Numbered from the stretch's first letter, positions 1 through 12,167 are shown. The stretch is DNA of 64,000 nucleotides from Nemertoderma westbladi (GCA_032718475.1 JAUCBJ010009109.1:64000-127999); one strand, 5' to 3'. Notes: generated by a model not told the origin, from the sequence alone. Program-made: numbers and translations.

Positions 1-8
1 GGCGGTCC

Positions 9-3000
9 GTGATGGAGCTGAACGGAAAGTACAAGCCAAGTTATGATAAAGAATTACGGAGAGAAAGAATGAGAGCGTTGGGGGACCGGATGGAAGTTTT
101 GCGGAAAGAGTATCGCACGCGGTATCCCTACGACTTTGCTTTGGACGTGTGCGACATTAGCGCAGATCCGGACGAGGAAATCGCACGACTATACCATATG
201 AATATGTATTTACGACACGAGGAGCCTCTACCTGCAGTCCGAGACCAGTTCGACGGAATGCACCTGTATCGGAGGACTCGAGGCGAGGATCAGGAGACGC
301 CGAAAGTCTTCAGCGTATACAAGCTCTTCTACAAGTGTGGTGAATGCATGAATAAACAGGACGTGGCGATTCCCGACCGACTAGACGAGCAACATCCGGA
401 ACCGATATTAACGCGATGTCCAGCTCACCAATTCCTTAGATATAACGAGGGAGGTTACCCGATGAGCAACCCGATGATCAGTATCGACTTCAGCGGAAAG
501 CGACCTCCGAGACCCATTACGCCGACCGTTACGACATTAGATCCGTATACGGAGATTAAACCCTGTTCGACACCCAGTTTGATAGAGACGGCAGCGGCCA
601 TTTCGCTGTACCGAGCCTACAAGGATCTAGAGGCGCGGCGCGAAGCGGCGCGGGACTCGGGTACCAAACCCGCGGGTTTGGAGCTCTCGAGTCCCTGGAC
701 TGCGTTTACTTCACCTCACCGAGTGAGAAGCCTCACGCCTGAGCATCAGGATGACATAGACGCGTTGCGGCAGGAGGAGCGAGCGGCGAAGGCGAAGGAG
801 TTATTTGAGAACAGGATAGCGGAGTATAATAAGACCGCGGATAGACATCAAGAGGAGACGAGGAGAGTGACCGGATTTGTTCCACAGGTCGTATCTCAAC
901 CCGGACCGGTGTATTATTCCGACGGCACTGAACCTGCGATATTAGTAGATCATCCGGAGTCGCGAGAAGCGATACGATTCTTGCCGATGGTAAGAATGGC
1001 GGACCATTGGAACGTCGACTGTCTACGGGAAGTTTTATGCGCGAAGTTCTTGCGTGATGTCCCAATGCAGATCACAGATTATGACACGTTGGATAAGATT
1101 GGAGCTCCGGGAAAGGAGAGTAAGCTATTCGGATGGTTGGATAAGTACATCAAGGTATGGGTCGCGGTGGCTACATTCCCAGATGACGAGGAGGTAGACC
1201 AGACGTGGCTGAGGAGGAAGGGTTCTTATACCCGATATGATGACCACAAGGCGATCGAGCGCATGTGGACCCCATCAGATGAGATTCAGCGTCAGTGGAG
1301 GAAGACGGAGGAATCACTGCAAGATTGGAGGGTGATGTTCTACGACAATGAAGGAGGGTCCCATCAAGAATGCTTGACCAGCAAGTGTATTCAAATTCGT
1401 GCGGCCGATGGTGTGACTCATGTGTTTATGCGTGTGAGGGCGGATCGAGAGAGACCGGAGCCCATCATAACGACACAATATCGGAAGGGGAAGGATCCTA
1501 GGGAACAGATTTTGGAGGTATGCAGGCGAGGAGGTATGCACGGAGCAGAGCGTATCGACGCCAGGATGTTACCAAAGAAAGTTAGAGAGGCTATTCTCAA
1601 CCAAGATTACGTCAAGGTGGGATCGGGAGTCCAGAGCGATTTAGAGAGCGACTTCAACGCCATGACTGATCTGGAAGATAGATTGCCGAGACCGTTTGTC
1701 GACACCAAGCTATTGTTGCTATGGGCACAGGATATTGGAATTTATAGGGAGTATCCCAACTCTGCCAAGACTGGTATGGGCTTTATAGCACACTTGTTGT
1801 ATAATTGGGACTTTAAGTTAAAGACGCAAAAGAAGTACGAGGAGGCGTATGGCGAATACAACACGCCACCGGGAGCGGAGTTCAAATCCCACTTCAAGCG
1901 GCAAGCGTTAGTGTATTGGAACATTTGCGCGCCACCCCGTGCGTCGCTACAATATTATTTGGTGCTTGAGTCGAACACGGTGACTTGTTTATTAGCGGAT
2001 ATCGTTGCGCGAGTTTTGAAGCGTCATCCATTGGTATTCGGAGGAGATCAATACGTTCGCTCGAAAGGGGGAATCCAATCCGACGTGATGAAGCGTTTCT
2101 TAACCCCGTTCTTCAACCAATCGTTAGAGAATACGTCGATGGTGAGGAGAGGATTAGCGATATTCGAAGGAATATATCGACAGAATATCGGAGATTTGGG
2201 AGACCGACCGTCGATGGAATATCCGACGCCAGAAGCTTTGGAGAAGTGGTTCGGGAATCAAACCCGCGGGTTTGGTACTCCCTTCCACTCGGAGGCTGAT
2301 AGACCTGTTAAGGAGGGCTGGCCGGAGACTTTAGTAGAGGTGTTCGGAGTAGATCTTCCGGTGGAGAAGACATATCCGAAACGAACGCGGGAGGAAATAT
2401 TAGAGATAGAGGATAAGGGCGAGGATGTTTACTTTGTTCCGGATCGACAACCGTTGACTGGAGAGGACGACATCGTATTAGACATTGGGAAAGAAGGAAG
2501 TGCGAAACCGATTGGAGACCTCATATACGAGAGGGCCTGGTTTCCACAAGCGCGTAGGTGCAAATTGTGCGGCAGCACAAGGCACAATCTAAAGTCGTGC
2601 GACGCGGTAATAGAGGCGGCGCATAAGGTCTGCCGTTGGTGTAATGAGACCGACCATTCGTTTCATACGTGCACCGTCTTCATTTCTCAATGCGGATATT
2701 GCGGGGTAAAAGGACACCGTAGCGCGAGATGTCAGCTGCGAGATGATTCCTTTCAAAACCATAGCGCTAACCTACTTCGGGAGATGTTAGATAAGTGGGA
2801 GAGTGTGGCGGATTACCATATTCAAGCGCAGATGCGTTGGTTACCATTTAAAGCGGGGTATGGGTTTTGGGCGGTAGACCCATCGCACGTTGCGTACGAG
2901 CCATATCTTCAATCGCTACCACAATATCAGGAGCTCATCCTAACTGCTCAAGACCTTCCACAAAACACTGGAGTTATCGTAGTCCGAGAGTACTTCAGAC

Positions 3001-3599
3001 AATTAAACATGGACAATAAGTACACATGGAACTTCGTTGCTATTTGCGATCGCATCACGAAGGGTGTATTTACGGAGACTAGAAAAGTGGTACGCACGCG
3101 AGGTGATTGGAGGATGGCGGCTATACAATACCGCAACGAATTCTTGTTGACTCATGTGCCAGTGGGTTCATTGACCGCTGAGAGGATACAGGAACAAAGG
3201 ATCGCAGCGACCACAGCGATGACCGCTGGAGCTCAAGGCTCGCGGAAAGAACCAGGAGGAGGGGTCCAAGACAAGCGTCAAGTCAAGGACGACCACTATC
3301 ATTCAATTATAGAAGCGCAGCGGTTGCAGCGCAAGGCGCAGGGGGCGTCTGAGAAAGCGCGTGTGCAACTGCAGAAGGAAGAATTGGCGGAAGCGACCAC
3401 GGGAGCGCGACAATTGGGACGAGGCCGAGGGAGAAGTTCGAGCCGAGAATCTGTCGGGGCTCAGGGAACGTCGTCGTCGGTTCCGGGGAGTGACGCCTCA
3501 CGGACGCCGTCAACGGAGTCGACTGGAGGACGACTGGTGTATCTGGGAAGGGGGCGAAAAAGAGGAGCGAGCCCAAAGAACCCAGGAGCGAGTCGATAA
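9..3599 (+). CDS. Putative retroelement-borne protein: DEDDy (WRN/EXD-like) 3'-5' exonuclease domain + 3 CCHC zinc knuckles + basic RG-rich tail; probably 5'-truncated by the window
   Basis: Uninterrupted 1196-codon ORF, markedly more GC-rich than its surroundings, open back to the window edge. ExoI-like FYDNEG (1338-1355), ExoII-like VKVGSGVQSDL (1611-1643), FVDT, ExoIII-like W..PP...QYYLVLES (~1917-1973). Three exact Cx2Cx4Hx4C motifs: CKLCGSTRHNLKSC, CRWCNETDHSFHTC, CGYCGVKGHRSARC (2559-2732). Confidence 0.8.
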   Translation: MMELNGKYKPSYDKELRRERMRALGDRMEVLRKEYRTRYPYDFALDVCDISADPDEEIARLYHMNMYLRHEEPLPAVRDQFDGMHLYRRTRGEDQETPKVFSVYKLFYKCGECMNKQDVAIPDRLDEQHPEPILTRCPAHQFLRYNEGGYPMSNPMISIDFSGKRPPRPITPTVTTLDPYTEIKPCSTPSLIETAAAISLYRAYKDLEARREAARDSGTKPAGLELSSPWTAFTSPHRVRSLTPEHQDDIDALRQEERAAKAKELFENRIAEYNKTADRHQEETRRVTGFVPQVVSQPGPVYYSDGTEPAILVDHPESREAIRFLPMVRMADHWNVDCLREVLCAKFLRDVPMQITDYDTLDKIGAPGKESKLFGWLDKYIKVWVAVATFPDDEEVDQTWLRRKGSYTRYDDHKAIERMWTPSDEIQRQWRKTEESLQDWRVMFYDNEGGSHQECLTSKCIQIRAADGVTHVFMRVRADRERPEPIITTQYRKGKDPREQILEVCRRGGMHGAERIDARMLPKKVREAILNQDYVKVGSGVQSDLESDFNAMTDLEDRLPRPFVDTKLLLLWAQDIGIYREYPNSAKTGMGFIAHLLYNWDFKLKTQKKYEEAYGEYNTPPGAEFKSHFKRQALVYWNICAPPRASLQYYLVLESNTVTCLLADIVARVLKRHPLVFGGDQYVRSKGGIQSDVMKRFLTPFFNQSLENTSMVRRGLAIFEGIYRQNIGDLGDRPSMEYPTPEALEKWFGNQTRGFGTPFHSEADRPVKEGWPETLVEVFGVDLPVEKTYPKRTREEILEIEDKGEDVYFVPDRQPLTGEDDIVLDIGKEGSAKPIGDLIYERAWFPQARRCKLCGSTRHNLKSCDAVIEAAHKVCRWCNETDHSFHTCTVFISQCGYCGVKGHRSARCQLRDDSFQNHSANLLREMLDKWESVADYHIQAQMRWLPFKAGYGFWAVDPSHVAYEPYLQSLPQYQELILTAQDLPQNTGVIVVREYFRQLNMDNKYTWNFVAICDRITKGVFTETRKVVRTRGDWRMAAIQYRNEFLLTHVPVGSLTAERIQEQRIAATTAMTAGAQGSRKEPGGGVQDKRQVKDDHYHSIIEAQRLQRKAQGASEKARVQLQKEELAEATTGARQLGRGRGRSSSRESVGAQGTSSSVPGSDASRTPSTESTGGRLVYLGRGRKRGASPKNPGASR

Positions 3600-4060
3600 T
3601 ACATTATGGCACAGGGCGACAGACTCTAGATATATACATCATCGTCGCTCTGATGTATATTGTAGCATTTGAAAATCTTCGACTAGACTCATATACACTA
3701 GTTGAGTTATTTGAATTTATATTATGAAAGAGGCGAAGGAAGTGATTGGGGAGACAAACCTGCGGGTTTGGCTTACTCCTTTCACTTGCCCTAGCAAATT
3801 TATATTTGATTTTGTATGTAGTAATCATTATGTAGTAAGAATGAACGAGAAACAATATTTTGTAAATTTAATTTGTATGTAAATTCATTATGCAATATCT
3901 ATGGCAATATTTGTAAATAGTAGAATTATTATGTTATTTAGATTGGTTGGAAGAAATTTATTTTGTTTTGTATACATCACCTTATACTCTTCTACAATTG
4001 GAGGGAAACATTATATGATTTCCCTTGGAGCGGTGTTACGGTATATGGCGCTGTATCCAT

Positions 4061-4165
4061 AATATTAGTCATCATGCAGTATGCAATATTAGTCCGTTAT
4101 GCAGTATGCAATATTAGTCCGTTATACTGTACGTAATATTAGTCCGTTGTGCAGCATGATATTTT
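4061..4165 (+). repeat. ~25-bp degenerate tandem repeat (about 4 copies) in the putative LTR
   Basis: AATATTAGTCCGTTATGCAGTATGC-like units. Confidence 0.8.
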
Positions 4166-4460
4166 AGATAAGGCATAACGCAGTGGTATTTAGGTAGGGA
4201 AATCAAAACGCCCATATATTCGAAACCATCCATTTTGTATAGTATGTAGCCCTACCTACGTAATTTTGTATTAGGTTATATGTAGATAGTTCCAGGGTAA
4301 GTTTATTCGGACCCTGGATTCAGTGCTTGCTGATATTAGTTTTAGTAGGGCTAGCATATAGGGACACTGTCCTGGCCATTCAGCAGCCAGAGACGTGAAC
4401 CATTACCATATATGGTAATAATTCGAGGAAGGGGAGCAAATAGGGCTACAATCCGGCCTC

Positions 4461-4575
4461 CTTATTGGACTAGCTGCTTCCAGGTTGGTCTAGTGCTAGC
4501 ACGGACTGGAGAGCCAATAAGAAGGCGATTGAGTCACCCTATTGCATCACCCCATCCGGATCACCTATAAATTGG
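4461..4575 (+). promoter_or_regulatory. Putative LTR promoter (CCAAT boxes and TATA)
   Basis: ATTGG at ~4464, GCCAAT at ~4514, CTATAAA at ~4566. Confidence 0.35.
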
Positions 4576-6186
4576 CGGTGTGCCGGTAAGGCCTCATCTA
4601 TCCACTCATCACATGACACCTAGCCCTAGCGCCTGTCTTGCTGTTTTTTCTTGATATTTTTCTGCATTTTGCTAATTTGATTAATTTTCGTGAAATGATT
4701 TGCTAGTGCGATTACTTGCTTGTGTTTCTCAATAATTCCTTTGATTGCTGCTAATTACAATTAAACTATGATTTCTACCTTTGATTAATGGTTCTATGTG
4801 ATTCTTTCTGCGCAATAATCCTAAGGGATTCTGAGACTGTCAGACTTTGTGATTTGCATGCGCCGCTACGGTAGCTATTAGCATCATGGAGAGCTAAGGC
4901 GCCAGTGGGCGGTGGGCGCATCGGGGGGTTGAGCGACTAGGAGAGAGCGGAGGATTCAAAGCGAGCAACGCTGGCCAGGGTCACCGTTGCGGGCGGGTAA
5001 CTTGCACTGCGACACGCAGACCGATCGCCGGTACAGCAAATTAGGGGGCTGATGATCCAGATTTTGTCTCTATTTAGTATTAGGGGGGCAGGAATTGGGT
5101 TAGTTAGGAGTCCTAGATGTACCTGGGAGAGGCCTGCGCGTATTACAACGTTGAGTGTGGAGTACGAGTAGTGAATTGCACAATTGTAAACTGTGATTTC
5201 TAACGCTGATTGGTGTGTTATTGAAGTGTGCCTAAGATTACGAATGCTTAGATAGGCGCTCTTTTCCTTTGATTGATTTCTATTTCTTAGTTACAATAAT
5301 TAGTTATTGATTAGGTCAAAGTAATACGGCAAATTAGGCTATTACTATCGAAACCTGTTGCGTGATAAATTAGAATTACGTATTCTGGAACTCTTAGTAA
5401 TTAGTACGCTGTTAAATATTTGTGACTGTAATTAATTAGTAAAAAATTAAGAATTAGTACGCAGCATAGCGGAGAGTAGCTAAGGTAATAATTAGTGTAC
5501 TGTAAACTATTCACGCTGAGCGGTTATTTGTATTAGCGGGCAATCAGCTAGAACGCACTATTCGGTACGCACGATACGCTAGTAATTTTGCTGGCCTAAA
5601 GCCAGTCGCGGGCAGTTTTAGACCCGGGGTGGTATTATCCACGTAGAAACAGATACTGTACCATTTTGATATTTTAAATATTCTCGCATTCACACATTAC
5701 GTTAGGGAACCTCCAGTATTCGCGATTAGAAAGACGTAGGTAATAGCGTGCTTTAATAAGTGATAGAATCAGGCGTAAGAATACTCTGAGTGCAAGGCCT
5801 CTCGCACTCGTCTTAAGTAAGCTTAGGGAGCCGACTCAGGTTTATTGTTTTGGTTATTCCTGCGTGGCTCATAGATTCGAACAGTTAGCTCTCTATCGAG
5901 CAATCGGTAGAGAAAGGAACAAGCGATTTTGCAGGAGTTGTGTAAAATTAGTAAATTATATTAGTGGACGGCAGATTAGCGCCATCTAACGGTAAGTAGC
6001 GGTTTTGTATTTAGCAACCCTTACAATTTAGTAATATCACGCTCCTGATCCCCTTTACTTAACAGTAGAGCAGTCTTTGTGTCTTATTGGTTAGACGAGA
6101 ACTTATTAGGTTGGCAGAGAAGTATACCAGTATTTGTCTGTTCAACAGTTCTGCTGTTAGTATAGAGGTCGCGGTTGTTTATCACA

Positions 6187-8290
6187 CCCCATAATAATAT
6201 AGGTTGTTACAACAATAAACACCAAACACAAGCACCCCATAATAATATAGGTTGTTACAACAATAAACACCAAACACAAGCACCCCATAATAATATAGGT
6301 TGTTACAACAATAAACACCAAACACAAGCACCCCATAATAATATAGGTTGTTACAACAATAGACACCAAACACAAGCACCCCATAATAATATACGTTGTT
6401 ACAACAGTAAACACCAAACACAAGCACCCCAGAATAATATAGGTTGTTACAACAATAAACACCAAACATAAGCACCCCATAATAATATAGGTTGTTACAA
6501 CAATAAACACCAAACACAAGCACCCCATAATAATATAGGTTGTTACAACAAAAAACACCAAACACAAGCACCCCATAATAATATAGGTTGTTACAACAAT
6601 AAACACCAAACATAAGCACCCCATAATAATATAGGTTGTTACAACAATAAACACCAAACACAAGCACCCCATAATAATATAGGTTGTTACAACAATAAAT
6701 ACCAAACACAAGCACCCCATAATAATATAGGTTGTTACAACAATAAACACCAAACACAAGCACCCCATAATAATATAGGTTGTTACAACAATAAACACCA
6801 AACACAAGCACCCCATAATAATATACGTTGTTACAAGAGTAAACACCAAACACAAGCACCCCATAATAATATACGTTGTTACAACAGTAAACACCAAACA
6901 CAAGCACCCCATAATAATATAGGTTGTTACAACAATAAACACCAAACACAAGCACCCCATAATAATATAGGTTGTTACAACAATAAACACCAAACACAAG
7001 CACCCCATAATAATATAGGTTGTTACAACAATAAACACCAAACACAAGCACCCCATAATAATATAGGTTGTTACAACAATAAACACCAAACACAAGCACC
7101 CCATAATAATATAGGTTGTTACAACAATAAACACCAAACACAAGCACCCCATAATAATATAGGTTGTTACAACAATAGACACCAAACACAAGCACCCCAT
7201 AATAATATACGTTGTTACAACAGTAAACACCAAACACAAGCACCCCAGAATAATATAGGTTGTTACAACAATAAACACCAAACATAAGCACCCCATAATA
7301 ATATAGGTTGTTACAACAATAAACACCAAACATAAGCACCCCATAATAATATAGGTTGTTACAACAATAAACACCAAACATAAACACCCCATAATAATAT
7401 AGGTTGTTACAACAATAAACACCAAACATAAGCACCCCATAATAATATAGGTTGTTACAACAATAAACACCAAACACAAGCACCCCATAATAATATACGT
7501 TGTTACAACAGTAAACACCAAACACAAGCACCCTATAATAATATAGGTTGTTACAACAAAAAACACCAAACACAAGCACCCCATAATAATATAGGTTGTC
7601 ACAACAACAGACACCAAACACAAGCACCCCATAATAATATAGGTTGTTACAACAATAAACACCAAACACAAGCACCCCATAATAATATAGGTTGTTACAA
7701 CAATAAACACCAAACATAAGCACCCCATAATAATATAGGTTGTTACAACAATAAACACCAAACATAAGCACCCCATAATAATATAGGTTGTTACAACAAT
7801 AAACACCAAACATAAGCACCCCATAATAATATAGGTTGTTACAACAATAAACACCAAACACAAGCACCCCATAATAATATACGTTGTTACAACAGTAAAC
7901 ACCAAACACAAGCACCCCATAATAATATAGGTTTTTACAACAACAGACACCAAACACAAGCACCCCATAATAATATAGGTTGTTACAACAACAGACACCA
8001 AACACAAGCACCCCATAATAATATAGGTTGTTACAACAATAAACACCAAACACAAGCACCCCATAATAATATAGGTTGTTACAACAAAAAACACCAAACA
8101 CAAGCACCCCATAATAATATAGGTTGTTACAACAACAGACACCAAACACAAGCACCCCATAATAATATAGGTTGTTACAACAATAAACACCAAACACAAG
8201 CACCCCATAATAATATAGAACAATAAACACCAAACACAAGCACCCCATAATAATATAGAACAATAAACACCAAACACTAGCACCCCATAA
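6187..8290. repeat. 48-bp minisatellite (~42 copies) with 40-bp units at its right end
   Basis: Unit CACCCCATAATAATATAGGTTGTTACAACAATAAACACCAAACACAAG, period 48 (6281 to 6329). Units at 8201 and 8241 lack GTTGTTAC and have period 40. Confidence 0.97.
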
Positions 8291-8305
8291 GCACCCTATA
8301 CACAC

Positions 8306-8912
8306 CTGCGATTGTTCCTCTTCGCCGCCAACTATCCGAAATCCGAAGCCGTTTTGCAATCTCCTTAGAAACACCGTGGTCTCGAAACATTCAGACTCCG
8401 GGTCCAAACTCACCACAGAAGCTAAATCTCGTCCACGTCGGCCTTTATTCGACTTCTCTGAAGGAGCTGGGGAGAAAGTATGAGATGGAAATAAAGTTGT
8501 CGAATGGGGGGAAAGTAAGGGGGCATTGGGGTAAAGTACAGGGGGATGCGGATAATTCACGTTATCAGTTGACGGGTAGTAACTTTGTCCGACTAAATCG
8601 TAACAACTTCGCGAGGAAGGGATGTATGAACCGGGTAGGAATGGGTTGCCATTTATCGATCCCACGTCCACCTGGGTTGGCGAGTAGGGTAGGAAGGCAC
8701 TGGTACACGCGGGACCTCTGGATACAGATACAAGAGAGGTCCCTGGATTCCTTGTAGACGACTTGTACCGGGACTCCAGGGGGTGGTGGTTGTATCCGAG
8801 GCAACTCGAATACGTCATATCGCGTCTCTTAGCAGCCTCTTTAATCTCATCGAAGGTCATTGACCCCGGCATTGAGTTACCCACAGTAATATCCTCCCCG
8901 AGGGAGTAGTTG
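8306..8912 (-). CDS. MAGI: MAGI-family exon: low-complexity linker and start of PDZ3 (FETTVFLRRLQNGFGFRIVGGEEEQSQ)
   Basis: GFGFRIVGG PDZ carboxylate-binding loop; donor CAG|GTGTGT at 8306/8305; candidate acceptor CTAAT..GAGCAG| ending at 8913. The 5' boundary is less certain than the 3' one. Confidence 0.8.
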
Positions 8913-8981
8913 CTGCTCATAATTATTAGTTATTAATTTAATCATAAATAAATTATAATTTACTTAAATTCCCTATAAAAC

Positions 8982-9021
8982 CTCCTGGTGTCCCATAAGG
9001 TTGAGACAACAGGTGGCAAGT
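8982..9021 (-). CDS. MAGI: Candidate 40-nt MAGI micro-exon (DLPPVVSTLWDTR)
   Basis: TTGACAG| acceptor and a weak GAG|GTTTTA donor. Its phase 1 start and phase 2 end would reconcile the flanking exons. Confidence 0.3.
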
Positions 9022-9279
9022 CTGTCAAGTAACTTAAATACAATTGGTTGATAAGTTAAAGTAAAATTATTAAATTGCGAAACGATATTGGCGATATTTC
9101 CCCAAACAATAGAGGAATCAGGAACAAACGTAATATATAATTAGTTAATATTCATGACATTAGCAACCGCATAGCAACCATGTTAATGAAGCTGGAGTTA
9201 GAAAAACTATGGAATAAAAGGATATAAAGGCGACAGATGGTAACTATGAGTAATAATAAAACAATGTAGGCCTATTGTT

Positions 9280-10580
9280 TCCACCCCTCCGCGGAACCCA
9301 ACACAAACACCCACCCCTCCGCGGTACTCAACACAAACACCCACCCCTCCGCGGAACCCAACACAAACACCCACCACTCCGCGGAACCCAACACAAACAC
9401 CCACCCCTCCGCGGAACCCAACACAAACACCCACCACTCCGCGGAACCCAACACAAACACCCACCCCTCCGCGGAACCCAACACAAACACCCACCACTCC
9501 GCGGAACCCAACACAAACACCCACCCCTCCGCGGAACCCAACACAAACACCCACCACTCCGCGGAACCCAACACAAACACCCACCCCTCCGCGGAACCCA
9601 ACACAAACACCCACCACTCCGCGGAACCCAACACAAACATCCACCACTCCGCGGAACCCAACACAAACACCCACCACTCCGCGGAACCCAACACAAACAC
9701 CCACCACTCCGCGGAACCCAACACAAACACCCACCACTCCGCGGAACCCAACACAAACACCCACCACTCCGCGGAACCCAACACAAACATCTACCACTCC
9801 GCGGAACCCAACACAAACACCCACCACTCCGCGGAACCCAACACAAACACCCACCACTCCGCGGAACCCAACACAAACACCCACCACTCCGCGGAACCCA
9901 ACACAAACACCCACCCCTCCGCGGAACCCAACACAAACACCCACCACTCCGCGGAACCCAACACAAACACCCACCACTCCGCGGAACCCAACACAAACAC
10001 CCACCACTCCGCGGAACCCAACACAAACACCCACCCCTCCGCGGAACCCAACACAAACACCCACCACTCCGCGGAACCCAACACAAACACCCACCCCTCC
10101 GCGGAACCCAACACAAACACCCACCACTCCGCGGAACCCAACACAAACATCCACCACTCCGCGGAACCCAACACAAACACCCACCACTCCGCGGAACCCA
10201 ACACAAACACCCACCACTCCGCGGAACCCAACACAAACACCCACCACTCCGCGGAACCCAACACAAACACCCACCACTCCGCGGAACCCAACACAAACAT
10301 CTACCACTCCGCGGAACCCAACACAAACACCCACCACTCCGCGGAACCCAACACAAACACCCACCACTCCGCGGAACCCAACACAAACATCTACCTCTCC
10401 GCGGAACCCAACACAAACACCCACAACTCCGCGGAACCCAACACAAACATCCACCACTCCGCGGAACCCAACACAAACACCCACCACTCCGCGGAACCCC
10501 ACACAAACACCCACCCCTCCGCGGAACCCAACACAAACACCCACCACTCCACGGAACCCAACACAAACACCCACCACTCC
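9280..10580. repeat. 30-bp minisatellite (~43 copies)
   Basis: Unit CCACCACTCCGCGGAACCCAACACAAACAC. Confidence 0.97.
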
Positions 10581-10799
10581 TAGAAATGGTCAATAAAGAA
10601 AAGCGATCGATGCTTGTTAAATTTTTATCCATGGTAGTAAAATATAAAACCACGCCTAGAAGACCACACACTATCAGTAATAATTTTAGTTACATTTCTT
10701 ATCAAGTTCAGTTTGTTTGCAGTACAAATATAAATTTACCGCATAATTTGTAATCTAACCCCAGTAACATTACTAACCGCATTATTTGTATTATTTTGC

Positions 10800-11074
10800 A
10801 TATCGGTGGGGGGGGGGGGGGGGGGGGGGGGTCAAGGGAAAATCGATGCAAATAAAAGGTTGTAGAATTAGTTAAACATGTCAAGTAGATTTCATGGAAA
10901 TATTTCAACAAAATATTTAATAAATATATAATTACTGTGATTAATATAGAGTTATTAAATTTGGAAAACATATTGCGTTACGTAACATATGGGGGGGGGG
11001 GGGGGGGTGGGGTGGTGCTGTGGGGTATCAAAAATCGTTCAAAAAATAGTAACGTAATTTAAGGACGACCCATA
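10800..11074. mobile_element. Fragment of a poly-G-containing MITE, possibly a PIF/Harbinger-like right end
   Basis: Two poly-G runs, palindrome GTTACGTAAC, end ..ACGTAATTTAAGGACGACCC followed by ATAA. No matching left TIR seen. Confidence 0.3.
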
Positions 11075-12167
11075 ACTATAAATTACATTGCAAACAAAAA
11101 TAAATCACTACGTGTTTTAGGAATTATTATAATAAGTCGAAGTTCGTAGTGCAAAACTGAACTTAATTTAAATAGGAAGAAATAGGGAGGATTGTCAGAG
11201 CTGGTCCGTGATTGGCTGACAGTTTATGTATAGTAGAGATCAAGGAAAGGCCGTTATTTTCCGCATTTTAAGCCGGAAATAGTTCCTAACCATAACAAAT
11301 TGATTTAATAGAAAACTTATCAAGTGTAAGATAATTTTTGCAGATGGCGCCGTTAGAAAGACAGTTAATCCATACGGTGACGGTACCGGACTCTGGGAAG
11401 TATAGCTAATAACTTAAACGAATAATACCCAATATTCAATATAATATTTTACAGATCAAAAACATCACAGTAGTAGTTTATATAGAATATTGAGATAGAT
11501 AATACACTATGTTACAAGCATTCGATACAAGAACAGGGGGGAAATAAAGAAAATACGATGAAACATCGTAATATTGGTATCCCACACGCACAGTGTATCC
11601 CGTAATATTGGTATGGTATGAGGGATACACTGTGCGTTATAAACAGGCACTGGGCGGCTCAGTACGAACAATGCTTACGTAGTTACTATCGGACTACAAA
11701 TTCCCAAAGCAATAAATTGTTACTTTCAAAAATGTAATATGTTGCTGTCTCTAATATTACAATTATTAATAATTCTGAAATAAATTGAAACCGTGGAAAC
11801 GGATGTTAACCCAACCCATGTCGGTTCCAATTAAACCGAATCCATGGGTGTAAATCATACAATAGAACCTCATCAGGGCCGTACCACTAATCCAATTCGC
11901 TGTCAGCAGCTACTACAGAGGTTCAGATACTCACGAAACCGCAAACCCGTTAACTCAATTACGACATAGAACTTAATCGCGTTCCAAACAAATTTACCTG
12001 GGAACTTTAACTGGAACCTCAAATTATTATATTCAATATACAATTAACTGAAACAAACTTTTTTCAAGTCGGCGTGAAATACGCGATGAAATAAAGTCAA
12101 TTCAATGCTGATCTATGGGGTGCTTTAAATCATGGAGTGAAATAAAGTAGCAACATTCGTTCATGGT

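Larger units (their letters stand above)
4034..6186 (+). mobile_element. Putative 3' LTR (~2.15 kb) of an LTR retrotransposon
   Basis: Starts TGTTAC after a weak purine tract and a hairpin (AGGGAAA..TTTCCCT). Ends ..TCACA abruptly in the middle of a 48-bp minisatellite unit. Contains ~25-bp U3-like tandem repeats, CCAAT-like boxes and a TATA box. The second LTR and pol are not in the window. Confidence 0.55.

Noticed and set aside
9-3599. Ordinary gag ORF of a gag-pol element
   Set aside because: No protease, RT or integrase follows it, no capsid motif was recognised, and it carries an exonuclease-like domain. A Gag origin for the knuckles is not excluded.
733-3855. Small overlapping or antisense ORFs around the 1196-aa ORF
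   Set aside because: Shadow frames with no recognisable motifs.
6157-8283. 708-aa hydrophobic ORF and the Cys/Tyr-rich tail of the 912-aa ORF
   Set aside because: Stop-free translations of the 48-bp repeat; the real exon ends at the donor at 8306.
9207-10753. Overlapping 450-490-aa ORFs on both strands
   Set aside because: Artefacts of a stop-free 30-bp unit.
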